The notes under the pieces were generated by a model. The model was not told the origin of the DNA and ran no database searches. It worked only from the letters and a program-made list of their open reading frames with translations. 63,745 bases of DNA from Octopus bimaculoides (taxonomy: Eukaryota): the NCBI RefSeq assembly GCF_001194135.2, contig NC_068982.1:91899156-91962900 (forward strand), in the 5' to 3' direction. Of this stretch, positions 40,401 to 49,179 are shown piece by piece. Made by a program: the position numbers and the translations under genes. The first letter of the stretch is position 1. Each line of letters starts with the position of its first letter.

Positions 40401-40630
40401 AAAGGGAGAAAGAAATCATGACTGAGAATCAATAAAACTGAAGAAAGCTGGTAGAAATTTACCTCCAAAATAATTTTAAGGTCTCTGCCATAGTTGACTT
40501 CTGTCTGTACAATTTCTTGAATGGTTTCTTTACGCTCAGTCCGTCTTGAAAGACACTGCTGACAAACGGTTTCATTGTTACTGGAAGTTTTATAAACCAC
40601 AACTTCTGCACACTCACAGCAAATCAACCG
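4340..40630 (-). CDS. Partial multi-exon Dbl-family Rho guanine nucleotide exchange factor (DH domain + start of PH-like region), RhoGEF64C-like by recall; 7 exons, 915 nt, 305 codons
   Basis: Exons 40630-40463, 36755-36603, 33238-33155, 24110-23965, 13155-13041, 7704-7615 and 4498-4340 all have AG/GT ends and compatible phases (0,0,0,2,0,0). They join without a stop. DH motifs: ERKETIQEIVQTEVNYGRDLKII, IFLNLEEL, FEKYCVNQ, LKSFLMIPVQRIMKYPLLL. The RhoGEF64C assignment is from memory, not a search. Confidence 0.9.
5100..5207. repeat. Left arm of perfect ~108 bp inverted repeat (partner 7026-7133)
   Basis: Base-by-base reverse complement of 5101-5207 matches 7026-7132. Confidence 0.95.
7026..7133. 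repeat. Right arm of perfect ~108 bp inverted repeat (partner 5100-5207)
   Basis: ttctctctgcaatcttttcttgcag...ggtcaaactgataaaaaaaa. Confidence 0.95.
7422..7600 (+). mobile_element. tRNA-derived SINE, type A (aaggcggtgagctggcagaa head)
   Basis: A-box-like head, ctttgcctttcatcctt body, aaatttcagg..ttgtgcc tail. Confidence 0.75.
7615..7704 (-). CDS. RhoGEF exon F: KTKSSGSMKLKRKRSELRRHSSTDKFELVK (basic DH-PH linker)
   Basis: Acceptor tttgtttcctcAG, donor AAG|GTaggt; 90 nt, phase 0-0; found by hand, no homology check. Confidence 0.75.
7990..8270 (+). mobile_element. Non-autonomous repeat segment fused to an R4-like RLE LINE 3' end
   Basis: 7995-8110 matches 61225-61345; then IPVIAGALGMIKKGTENY...HVLRRAL, homologous to 61540-61695. 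Confidence 0.7.
8500..8636. repeat. Compound (AAC)n/(GAT)n/(AAT)n microsatellite
   Basis: Direct inspection. Confidence 0.95.
8636..9190 (-). mobile_element. RTE-X-tail-type repeat with internal degenerate tandem units
   Basis: tttaacgtccattttccatgctggcatgggttggac start; repeated gtgccacc/cttggct units. Confidence 0.75.
9240..9314. repeat. Perfect 20-bp tandem repeat (ttccctccatcattaaaagc), ~3.7 copies
   Basis: Direct inspection. Confidence 0.95.
9310..9530 (-). mobile_element. tRNA-derived SINE, type A
   Basis: Reverse-complement match to the 7422 and 16475 copies. Confidence 0.75.
10222..10570 (+). mobile_element. tRNA-derived SINE, type B (ggtaagaa.cttgctt head, (TG)n middle, gactgaaacaagtaaaag tail)
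   Basis: B-box-like ggtt.ggtccc; same layout at 26505-26875. Confidence 0.75.
11000..12640 (+). mobile_element. 5'-truncated, frameshifted CR1-clade LINE (RT)
   Basis: LDFAKAFNSVPHKRL, SGVLQGSVFGPLLF, KYTDDIKL, RPHLE-like WPHLE...VWNPY, HFFTLRVTEAW. Confidence 0.9.
13041..13155 (-). CDS. RhoGEF exon E: (K)YPLLLNRLYKSTAARHEDCAFLHEAVVGIEKILEEINA (DH end)
   Basis: Acceptor ctctttttcAG, donor GCT|GTaagt; 115 nt, phase 2-0. Confidence 0.92.
14590..14652 (+). pseudogene. ~63-nt 28S (LSU) rRNA fragment
   Basis: gtcgactcggaactggtacggaccggaggaatccgactgtctaattaaaacagagcatcgcg matches the recalled conserved LSU segment GAACTGG..CGGACC.GGGGAATCCGACTGTTTAATTAAAACAAAGCATCGCG. Confidence 0.85.
14838..15268. 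mobile_element. Degenerate foldback/MITE-like element with internal hairpins
   Basis: Ends catgctcaag..ggaagaccttctg and cagaaagtcttcc..gaagcatgtta are inverted; 31-bp-arm hairpin at 14862-14945. Confidence 0.5.
16475..16690 (+). mobile_element. tRNA-derived SINE, type A
   Basis: aaggcggcaagttggcagaa...ttctgagttcaaat (B-box-like)... Confidence 0.8.
16857..16954 (+). ncRNA. Array of five short hairpins with GAAAGA/GAGAGA hexaloops in the retrotransposon 5' UTR
   Basis: Loops start at 16862, 16883, 16904, 16924, 16943; each has its own 5-7 bp stem (e.g. TCTTG-GAAAGA-CAAGA); function unknown. Confidence 0.7.
17892..17971. repeat. 16-bp tandem repeat (atgatttagccactac) x5 inside the retrotransposon ORF
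   Basis: Direct inspection; followed by its own inverted arm ggctaaatcat. Confidence 0.95.
21262..22183 (+). mobile_element. Young RTE-X LINE 3' end (interrupted by gap 21475-21941), (GAT)n tail
   Basis: QERRLRWYGHVVRMDEDSCVKKC...GRGRPRKTW intact; CpG-rich; tail nearly identical to 32546-32752. Confidence 0.88.
22613..23884 (-). mobile_element. Non-autonomous Helitron copy A (gap 22987-23549)
   Basis: 5' A|TCTATATATATAAAAATGAG; 3' CTGCTAG|T; PIF1-like remnant [37 protein letters not shown] at ~22860-22986. Confidence 0.8.
23965..24110 (-). CDS. RhoGEF exon D: TSAIEILEQLERDREVLRAFLQVSQAENSLLRRMNLKSFLMIPVQRIM(K)
   Basis: Acceptor ttttctttcaacAG, donor AA|GTaagt; 146 nt, phase 0-2; DH CR3 motif; not in the supplied ORF track in this frame. 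Confidence 0.92.
25425..25870 (-). mobile_element. RTE-X-tail-type repeat with degenerate ~60-bp internal tandem units
   Basis: Core match plus repeated tttacgtgccacc..gcacgg.agccag units. Confidence 0.8.
26505..27050 (+). mobile_element. Type B SINE followed by RTE-X-tail repeat
   Basis: Matches to the 10222-10570 and 21970-22183 copies. Confidence 0.75.
27058..28012. mobile_element. Penelope-terminal-repeat/retrozyme-like array: ~381-bp unit in partial tandem plus an inverted copy, three hammerhead-like motifs
   Basis: Unit restarts at 27058 and 27439; 27620-28012 is an inverted copy; CTGATGA-AGGGG-loop-stem-GAAA at 27158-27205 (-), 27551-27598 (-), 27729-27776 (+). Confidence 0.7.
28018..28190 (-). 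mobile_element. tRNA-derived SINE, type A
   Basis: Reverse-complement match, CpG-rich. Confidence 0.8.
29735..29979. mobile_element. 245-bp MITE with ~75-bp terminal inverted repeats, in TA context
   Basis: taaagatagttatggctggtctat...catccataaag versus ctttatggatg...atagaccagccataactatcttta. Confidence 0.8.
30460..30870 (-). mobile_element. Type B SINE with expanded (CA)n middle
   Basis: Head 30870-30720, body 30600-30460. Confidence 0.7.
31480..32330 (-). mobile_element. Degraded RTE LINE AP-endonuclease region
   Basis: RNGVGKMNDNGLLFLQLC...HPESKQWHLIDFVIV...DCWSDHTLVRAKL. Confidence 0.85.
32546..32752 (+). mobile_element. Young RTE-X 3' tail copy
   Basis: Nearly identical to 21980-22183. 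Confidence 0.85.
33155..33238 (-). CDS. RhoGEF exon C: DYQKVNIGQLFQEYFHMFQAFEKYCVNQ
   Basis: Acceptor ctattcAG, donor CAG|GTaaac; 84 nt; DH IGxLF and FxxYC motifs. Confidence 0.9.
34072..34290. mobile_element. Mariner-derived MITE (~215 bp), TA target
   Basis: TAcgaggggtgctgaaaa.ttcctgg ... caggaacttttcagcacccccttgTA; second copy 58093-58291, half copy ~25935-26000. Confidence 0.85.
34870..36430 (-). mobile_element. Old, highly degraded RTE-X LINE (RT to 3' end), fragmentary
   Basis: GVHQGS-like and YADDL-like segments near 35750-35860; MLHGSE.W-like segment near 35240. Confidence 0.6.
36603..36755 (-). CDS. RhoGEF exon B: EFYIPMKKANLL...IFLNLEELVHVNEKF...KKDE
   Basis: Acceptor tttttatcattgcAG, donor GAG|GTtagt; 153 nt, phase 0-0. 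Confidence 0.9.
37135..37410 (-). mobile_element. R4/Dong-like RLE LINE 3' end flanked by (AAT)n
   Basis: Homologous to 62700-62945 (IIGSLETISEGIKRNIKEI...ARIIRKILDS). Confidence 0.8.
38093..38317. mobile_element. piggyBac-type MITE
   Basis: TTAG|CCCTTTT ... AAAAGGG|TTAA (left TTAA target mutated); truncated relative at ~37083. Confidence 0.65.
38854..39877. mobile_element. Non-autonomous hAT element with nested repeats
   Basis: TIRs cagtggttcccaac / gttggaaaccactg; 8-bp TSD ttctacac / ctctacac. Confidence 0.8.
40463..40630 (-). CDS. RhoGEF exon A: RLICCEC...CQQCLSRRTERKETIQEIVQTEVNYGRDLKIILE (Cys motif + DH start)
   Basis: Acceptor ttttccaaaAG, donor GAG|GTaaat; 168 nt, phase 0-0. Confidence 0.88.
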
Positions 40631-40769
40631 CTTTTGGAAAAATAAATCAAATAAAGGTATATTATTTCACTCGTAAAAAGGTCATAATTACTTTCTAAAA
40701 ACAGTTAACATAATATTTGATACTATAGACACAAGAACATGGAAAAGAGCAGTTATTGTGATTATTTTG

Positions 40770-40841
<72 letters not shown>

Positions 40842-40880
40842 ATTTTCCAGAGGAATATGAAAATTTTAAAGTTAAAACCC

Positions 40881-40918
<38 letters not shown>

Positions 40919-41174
40919 CATACATACATACATACATACATACATACATACATACATAGGTTAGTAGAGTTAGCAGTTGGAATAACCGTCTCAAGGATAA
41001 GAATATGCATTTTACTACCAGTATAAATTACCTATGTTAACCCTGGGCATACATATGCAAGCATATTATGCTCAAAGGATACAGGCAATAACAAAAATAA
41101 ACAAGATTTCATCAGGAATCAAATTTAAATTAAGCAGAAAATGGAGAAATCTTGATCAACAACAATTGACTACC

Positions 41175-41666
41175 ATCAATTATTATTTTTTAATACAAAA
41201 CTTTATCCCATCTAACAGCCATTTCTGCTTCCAATGTCCCACAGTGCTGCTAAAGAAAATTCTGAGAATAATATTCATCATATTCTATAGCACATTCAAT
41301 CTGGAATGAGTAAAGAAAAATACATAAAATAAAAGAAAAGAAAAGAGCCTTGAGAGGAGGAAAGAAGGCTTAATATATTTGAATCATACCATTTTGCAGT
41401 GTAACGCTTCAGGCTGTTGAGTAAATGATGAAGCGTTACACTGCAAAATGGTATGATACAAATATATTAAGCCTTCATTGCTTCTCTCAAGGTTCTTTAT
41501 CTTTTCTTTTCTTTTACTCTGATGAAGCTCCATGTTCCAGATCGAATGTGCTATAAAATATGACGAATATTATTCTCAGAATTTTCTTTAGCAGTGGTGT
41601 GGAACATTGGAAGCAGAAACGGCTGTTAGATGGGATAAAGTTTTGTATTAAAAAATAATAATTGAT
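41175..41666. repeat. ~490-bp imperfect palindrome (~235-bp arms, 17-nt loop)
   Basis: Centre gtaacgcttca-ggctgttgagtaaatga-tgaagcgttac; arms traceable to atcaat/attgat. Confidence 0.9.
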
Positions 41667-42133
41667 ATNNNNNNNNNNNNNNNNNNNNNNNNNNNNNNNN
41701 NNNNNNNNNNNNNNNNNNNNNNNNNNNNNNNNNNNNNNNNNNNNNNNNNNNNNNNNNNNNNNNNNNNNNNNNNNNNNNNNNNNNNNNNNNNNNNNNNNNN
41801 NNNNNNNNNNNNNNNNNNNNNNNNNNNNNNNNNNNNNNNNNNNNNNNNNNNNNNNNNNNNNNNNNNNNNNNNNNNNNNNNNNNNNNNNNNNNNNNNNNNN
41901 NNNNNNNNNNNNNNNNNNNNNNNNNNNNNNNNNNNNNNNNNNNNNNNNNNNNNNNNNNNNNNNNNNNNNNNNNNNNNNNNNNNNNNNNNNNNNNNNNNNN
42001 NNNNNNNNNNNNNNNNNNNNNNNNNNNNNNNNNNNNNNNNNNNNNNNNNNNNNNNNNNNNNNNNNNNNNNNNNNNNNNNNNNNNNNNNNNNNNNNNNNNN
42101 NNNNNNNNNNNNNNNNNNNNNNNNNNNNNNNNN

Positions 42134-42170
<37 letters not shown>

Positions 42171-43139
42171 AGTATATGTAACTGAGGCAGCATTAAATTA
42201 AAACAGCCTTCTGTGCACCATACTTAATACATATACACTATTTGTTGGTTAATTACTGCAATATTTGTCCTGGGATAATATTTCTTATGGATGTGTTGTG
42301 TTAAAAACACAATAAATATTGGAGGAAGATAAAAATTTAGCCTAGCAGCAGCCAGCTGGAATACCAAATGCATTTTGGCCCTTTTGGACCTTCTCAAGGA
42401 TATTTATTCACAGTGAACCGCATGTTCGTACAAGAATTCATCATCCCTGATATAGGAAACAGTGAAGAAAACATTTGTTGGAGTTATGAATAGCTATCTA
42501 GCTAAATAAAAAGCGGTATATGCAATTAAGGCAGTCTTAAACTTGAATAGCCATCTATGTGTCATACTTAATATACAGTTGTTGGCCAGTTACTGCAGTA
42601 TTTGTCCTATGACATGTTTTACAAATATGTTGTGTTAAAAACAATAAACGTGTTTTTAAGAAGCAGCTCCAATGCAAATGAAGTTATAAATAATAGTCCA
42701 TAATATTCTGAATATAATGAATAAACTACTCTTTGGGTGGAAGAAAGGTATTTTACTTGATATTATTTATAGCTTTATTTATATTTTTCTCAATGTTTCA
42801 AATGATCCAAAACATATCTCTTAATGACAAAATGCTTCCAATCATTACAATTTTCTCAGTCAATCACATTTGTACCTAAGTTCCTTAGCTTGTGTTTTAT
42901 GTATCTTTTCTTTCAGGTTTACTTAGTGGACGTTACATCATTAGAGCTGCTTCTAATTCAAAATTGAATTGTTTCATCTGGTTTGAGGTGCTCAGTGTTT
43001 TGTAACATTTGACATTTACTTTAAAGCATAAACGAAACACATACACTAAGTCTTTGACATTGGTAATGTTTATATTATAAGAGTAGCTTCTGATTCAAAA
43101 TTTAATGTTATTGATATATCATATAAGTAATGGGAAATC

Positions 43140-45930
43140 TTCTGACATCATTGAATAAATACAGCAAATGTTTAACGAGAAATGAATTTGACTATATAAG
43201 CAACTTCAGATATAAAGCCAAAAATTTCTATAGGCTCTGCAAGTAAAACACACAGGTTAAACAATTTTGGGGACATCTTACTAAAGCCTTTCGTAAAGCA
43301 CATACAGAGTTTTATTTGAGATTATCTTAAATTTATTTAATTACTTACCAAATAAATGAGTCATAATACAATTGCTGTTTCCTTTGTCATTAATTGACAT
43401 ACCAATATTCCCCATGATTACAGAATCAATGCAATAAAATATTGGCTGGATACATACCAAGTTGAAGTATCAGACTGCATTTAGAAAACTATCATTGATG
43501 GGAACCAAAGTTGCTTCCACATATGCCATCTTGTTAATAAGAGAAGCGAATTTACAGAGAATCTACTCAAATATTTGGAAACACATTCTAAACCTATTTA
43601 AAGCAAAAATTGAAAAAATAGCTAAATACCTAAATGACTGTTTAACTCTGTATCACAAAGATCTAAATAAACTTATGAAAGTTAAGTATCTTATAAATAA
43701 TGATTGAATTTAGAATGTCCACCTTTTGTAGACATTTTAATCATGAGTTAATGAGGAAGAATAGAAACAGATATCTATTACAAATTTATAGATCCAAAAT
43801 AGTACTTTCTTTTCACATCCTACCATCCTAAACATATGGAAGCAAACATTCCGTTTAACTTAGCAAAAGGGACATGCAAAACTGTATCAAACAAAAAACT
43901 TGATCAATTGGAAGACATGAAGAATTGAAAAGTTTATTAAAATTTATTAATTCAAAGAGCATTTCTACTTAATCTTATTAGAACAAAATATTTAGATCTC
44001 ATTATCTGAGAAAAGCAAAAAGCAAAACCCAGATAAATGTTTTGCCATATGTATCTATATTTAACCCAAGAAATAATGAAATATTTCACTACATTCAAAA
44101 CAATTTACTTATTCTACTTGAAGGCCAAAAAGAAATGCAAAAAATTTCTGGAAAATCAACAGGTTATTGAAAGAAAAAGACAATTAAGATATTGAAAAAA
44201 ATACTAACTTGGGAAAAGGTTCTCTAACAAGTTCCCAACTCCATGGGTACTAAATGTAGTAGACCAAACTGTTGCTCATGTCTACATTTAACTGAAAGCT
44301 AGGAGTTAAAATATAAGGATGAACAAGTCTTTAAAATGGAAGGAAATTCCTTTGCAACTCCTAAAATTTGATTCATGTCATAAAGTGTTGTGCATGTTTG
44401 GAAAACTATATTGGTCAGACTTGAGAATCATGGTACATAAAATACAGATATATGGTGGGTGAGAATCAAGAAAATTCCCTTAAGTAGACATATACAAGAA
44501 GTCAAAAATTATCCGTCCTTTCACAATAATATTTTTATTATTGTCACACTGCCTTCTGTGCATGTGTGGTTTTAGTTGGTACTATTGTGGTCATATGATC
44601 GAAGTTTAAGCCTGATCTTGCCATTTTTCTTTCTGGCTTTAAGCATGGCTGCTCCACTAGCAATGTGCACCAAAGAGGAACAATGAGTAGTGATCCAATT
44701 TCTTTGGTCGGAAGGTGTGTCAGGTGCTGAAATTCATCAGAGGCTTTTAGCACAATATGGGGACAGTGCACTACTGTGTAGAAGTGTGTATGAGTGGATC
44801 AAGAAACTTAAAAGGGGCTGGACAAACGTGACACATGAAGAGGGAGCAAGTCACCCATAAACCTCCACCACTGGAAGATTCAGCTAGCTCAAGAGATGGT
44901 AATGGTGAACCAGTGAGTTATCGATGAGGTAGCTCATTCTCTGCAGATTAGTCATGGTTCTGCTTATCAAATCATCCACAACATGTTCAACTTTCATAAA
45001 GTCTGTGCAAAATGGGTGCCAAGAGAGCTTACTGCAGAGCACAAGTACAAACCTCTTGAGGTCTGCTGATGTTTACTCAATCACTACAACAATGAAGGTA
45101 AGGGATTTTTGAGCAGAATAGTCACAGGAAATGAAACATGGGTCCATGATTATGAGGCAGAATCCAAAACAGAGTATGGAGTGGAAACATCCTGGCTCGC
45201 CAGTGATGAAAAAATTCATGACTCAGTCTTCCACAGGAAAGGTGATGCTAACCCTTTTTTGGGACTCAAAAGGACCTATACTGGAAAACTACCCGGAAAA
45301 GGGGTGTATGATCAATAGTGAAAGATACAATGCTTTGCTGGTCAACAAACTGAAGCCAGCAATTCACACCAAATGTGAAGCATATTGTCAAAGAAAGTTT
45401 TGTTGTTGCACGACAATGCATGCCCACACACAGCTGCCCAGACTGTTGAAACCATTAACCAATTGGGTTTGGAGGTGCTGGAACACCCTGCCTACAGCCA
45501 GATGTTGTCCCTTCTGACTATCATATCTTTAGACCACTCAAAGATGGTTTACGAGGTCGTTGATTTCCTCTGGATGAAGATGTGAAGGAAGTGATGCATA
45601 AATTGTTGCATGACCAACCAAAAACCTTCTTCTTGGAGGGAATATGCAAGCTTGTGGACAGCTGGAACAAGTGCATTGAAAAGGAAGGAGACTATATAGA
45701 AAAATGGCGTACTTGTTTATCCCCTGCTTTTGTGTAAATACATTGAAAAAACAAGAGAGTGTATAGTTTTTGACTCTCCCTCGTAGTGGTAGTAACACAT
45801 GCTGGAATGGAACTATCCAATATAAAATATTTCCATTTTACAAATGCTAAGACTCCACCATGGAACAGCAATGAATAGATAAAGACAATTTATTATGAAA
45901 TATTAACCCCATTTGAACAGTTGGCAAATA
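43140..45930 (+). mobile_element. Degraded Penelope-like element (RT + GIY-YIG) interrupted by a mariner
   Basis: MGTKVASTYA, DIYYK..SKxYxxFTSxHPKH..NIPFNLAK, KIPLSRHI before the mariner and KIFPFYKC after it. Confidence 0.7.
44493..45785 (+). mobile_element. Full-length (~1.29 kb) decayed mariner transposon
   Basis: TIRs tacaagaagtcaaaaattatcc / tagtttttgactctccctcgta; MAAPLAMCTKEEQ*VVIQFLWSEG, VTGNETWV, LLHDNACPH, HPAYS motifs with stops and frameshifts. Confidence 0.9.
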
Positions 45931-46039
45931 ATTTCTATAAATTACAAGATAGAGATTACTAACAAACAATAATGGACGTTTGGGATATACATACACGTAC
46001 AGATGAGCACATGTTCACATACTGATTGAATATCTTTTA

Positions 46040-46271
46040 TCTTTTATCTTTTACTTGTTTTAACCATTAGACTGTGGTCATGCTGGGGCACTTAAATTTT
46101 TAGTCAAATGAATGAGCCAACCCCAGTACTTCTTTTTAAGCCTGGTACTTATCCTAATCAGTCTCCTTTTCTAAACCAGTAGGCTACAGGGATGCAAACA
46201 CACCAACACTGGTTGTTAAGTGTGTAGGGAGGGACAAACACAGACACAAAGATACACACACACACACACAG

Positions 46272-46306
<35 letters not shown>

Positions 46307-46958
46307 AAGTGAAGTATATTGCCACTTAAATGTGGCTGACCCCTAGGGGTGGATGTTACTGTTGCTTTTAGCCCCAGGAGGACATCTCCTCCAGCTGGCT
46401 TATCGACACACTTCTGTGTCCTGTTTGTTTTGCCAAGGGAAGTTATCCCTCTCATTGTGATCTGTAGCACGAACGGACTCGAGTTTCAGGGTTATTTCCC
46501 TTCGTCAGCGTCCGATAGCCACCGATCTGCGATGAGAAAGATAATTCTTGGCAAACTTATGTATCTTTTTCCAGTGAAATTATTCACTGATATCGAAAAA
46601 GTGAAAACAAGCAATGTTAATTCTCTAAACGAGGTATTNNNNNNNNNNNNNNNNNNNNNNNNNNNNNNNNNNNNNNNNNNNNNNNNNNNNNNNNNNNNNN
46701 NNNNNNNNNNNNNNNNNNNNNNNNNNNNNNNNNNNNNNNNNNNNNNNNNNNNNNNNNNNNNNNNNNNNNNNNNNNNNNNNNNNNNNNNNNNNNNNNNNNN
46801 NNNNNNNNNNNNNNNNNNNNNNNNNNNNNNNNNNNNNNNNNNNNNNNNNNNNNNNNNNNNNNNNNNNNNNNNNNNNNNNNNNNNNNNNNNNNNNNNNNNN
46901 NNNNNNNNNNNNNNNNNNNNNNNNNNNNNNNNNNNNNNNNNNNNNNNNNNNNNNNNNN

Positions 46959-46995
<37 letters not shown>

Positions 46996-47150
46996 TGTAT
47001 ATGATGGGTTTCTTTCAGTTTCCATCTACCAAATGCACTCACAAGGCTTTGGTCAGCCCGAGGCTATAGTAGAAAACACTTGTCCAAGGTGTCATGCAGT
47101 GAAACTGAACACAGAACCATATGACTGGGAAGCAAGCTTCTTACCACCTG
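46040..47150 (-). mobile_element. Type B SINE split by a hammerhead-bearing insert (46330-46638) and gap 46639-46958
   Basis: Head 47150-47000, body 46260-46040, (TA)n on both sides of the insert. Confidence 0.6.
46470..46514 (-). ncRNA. Type I minimal hammerhead ribozyme with palindromic stem III (Penelope-type, predicted dimer)
   Basis: CGGACG-CUGACGA-AGGG-AAAUAA-CCCU-GAAA-CUCGAG-UC|CGUUCG: full catalytic core, 6-bp stem I, 4-bp stem II, GUC site. Confidence 0.85.
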
Positions 47151-48108
47151 TGTGCATGCATGTGTGTGTCTTTGTATTTCTGATGCAGATTATTCAATCT
47201 TGCTATTTATTTACATGCCTTACTATTTATTTACAAACTTTCCTATCTTTTACATTTTTGTATAGGATTTGCAAGATTCTTTAAGTGAATTCATATGTTG
47301 AAACAAATGTTGTTGTGTCTAGGAAGAATCATTATGTTAATGTCAATAACTAGTACACTGATTCAATTCCACTCCTTTATTACTAGTCACTTGGTTAAAT
47401 GCCTATCCAACTAATTAATTGGTCATTTATTTAACTATTTTGTCACATTATACTAAATTGTGACATTAAGTATTTAAGTGCTTAGAGCCTATGATTTATG
47501 ACGACTTAAATTTTAAACAACCACTCTTTGCCTTATCTGCTTTCATTCTTTTTTCAGCTATAACAATATCAGCTCTCTAGATATTCTCATTACAGTTCCG
47601 ACTTTTTTAGTTTCATTTCATGTTTTCTTAGGGTGTAAACCAGTTACAATGTAAGTTTAAAAAATTTAATATATATATAAATGAAATATTAGTTCTGCTT
47701 TTTTTGTCTTTGATTTTTCTAAAAAGATTGCTATTGTTTTAACATTCTTTCACATTTTCATTAATTTTTTGTTTATATAATACAATCTGTATGGAAACTT
47801 TTAACCACATATAAATATCTTTTACTTGTTGCAATTATTAGTCTGCAGCCATGCTGGGGTACCATCTTGAAGGGTTTAAATTGAATGAAGTGACTCCAGT
47901 ACCTGTTTTATAAGCATGGTACTTATTCTATTAGCCTCTTTGCCAATCCTTTAAGTTACAATGCCATAGACAAACCAACTCTGGTTATCACACAGTGGGG
48001 GTGTGTGGGTGTGGTGTGTGTCTCTATGTGTGTGTGTATATACATATTTCAACTAACCACTCTCAGGGCATTAACCAGTTAGAATGTAAGTTGAAAAAAT
48101 TTACTATA

Positions 48109-48970
48109 CAGTAATCCCACGACTATGGTGGGTGTTACATTCCAAACCTCACCGCTATAGGTGAAAATCTACATTACTGTACTATATATTTTTTTATTAT
48201 ATTTATAATTTGTATATATTTATTTTATTATTTTTAAATATTTAAGCTTTTATAAACTCTCTTCACACTCTTAGTGTCTTCTGTCTTTTTGCAAGTGAGG
48301 AACATAGTGATGGGCAGTTGCTGGTGCTGTCTTTTCATCTGTGTAAGGAAGTTTTTATAAACTTCCATGGCTCCATCGATTGTATTTCTGAACTGCAATG
48401 CAAATATCATCTGGTGATCCCAATCTTCCGCCATTCTCCGAAGTTCTTTTGGTGGCCTACATCCGCACACCTTTTCCCTTACTTAAGCATGTCAAGAAGT
48501 TTCACCTTCTCTGCTATAGTAAGCATCCTCCTCTGGCACTTGGGTTCACTGCCAGAAGCCTTAGAAGATGCAGAATGCTTGGGCAACATTGTAGGGCTTG
48601 AAATAAATTCACAATTTTATACACAAATGCAAAACAACATCACTTACTCGCTTCTCAAGTTTCATTTTCCATACAGTATGTGTGATTCTTTGTTTACTCA
48701 TCTACGGTACACTACATATTTTCTTTTAATATATCTTAATTAATGTGTTATACAATGCAGTATTGTACTGTATTTTCATTCTATAATTTATTAATTTTTA
48801 GGTGTGAAAATGCTTATTTTACCACAAAAATAATTAAAACCTAAAAAATATATAAATACTTATTGGCTGCAGAAACCTGTGATATACTGAGGAGTCTATG
48901 ATATAAATTTTACATATATTAGCCAGAAAATCTGCAGTGTACTGAGGGCACGATAAGTGAACCGTGATAT
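48109..48970 (-). mobile_element. Internally deleted Tigger/pogo-type transposon
   Basis: TA|cagtaatccc end; MLTIAEKVKLLDMLK (psq/CENP-B HTH) close to DWDHQMIFALQF...QLPITMFL C-terminus. Confidence 0.7.
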
Positions 48971-49179
48971 GCATGCATGCATGCATACATACATACATAC
49001 ACACATACATACATACATACAAACATACATTCATACATATATACATACAAACAAACAAAAATACCCTGTTGATTTTGAAATTCCAATGAAGGAGGCTTGG
49101 ATCTAGATTAGAAACCAGCTCTTTCTCTATTGGCAAGAAATCATGAAATAAAACTAAATAATGACATACATATTAATGT

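Noticed and set aside
42900-42990. Plus-strand exon-like piece after tcttttctttcAG
   Set aside because: Weak donor, no partner exons and no recognisable protein.
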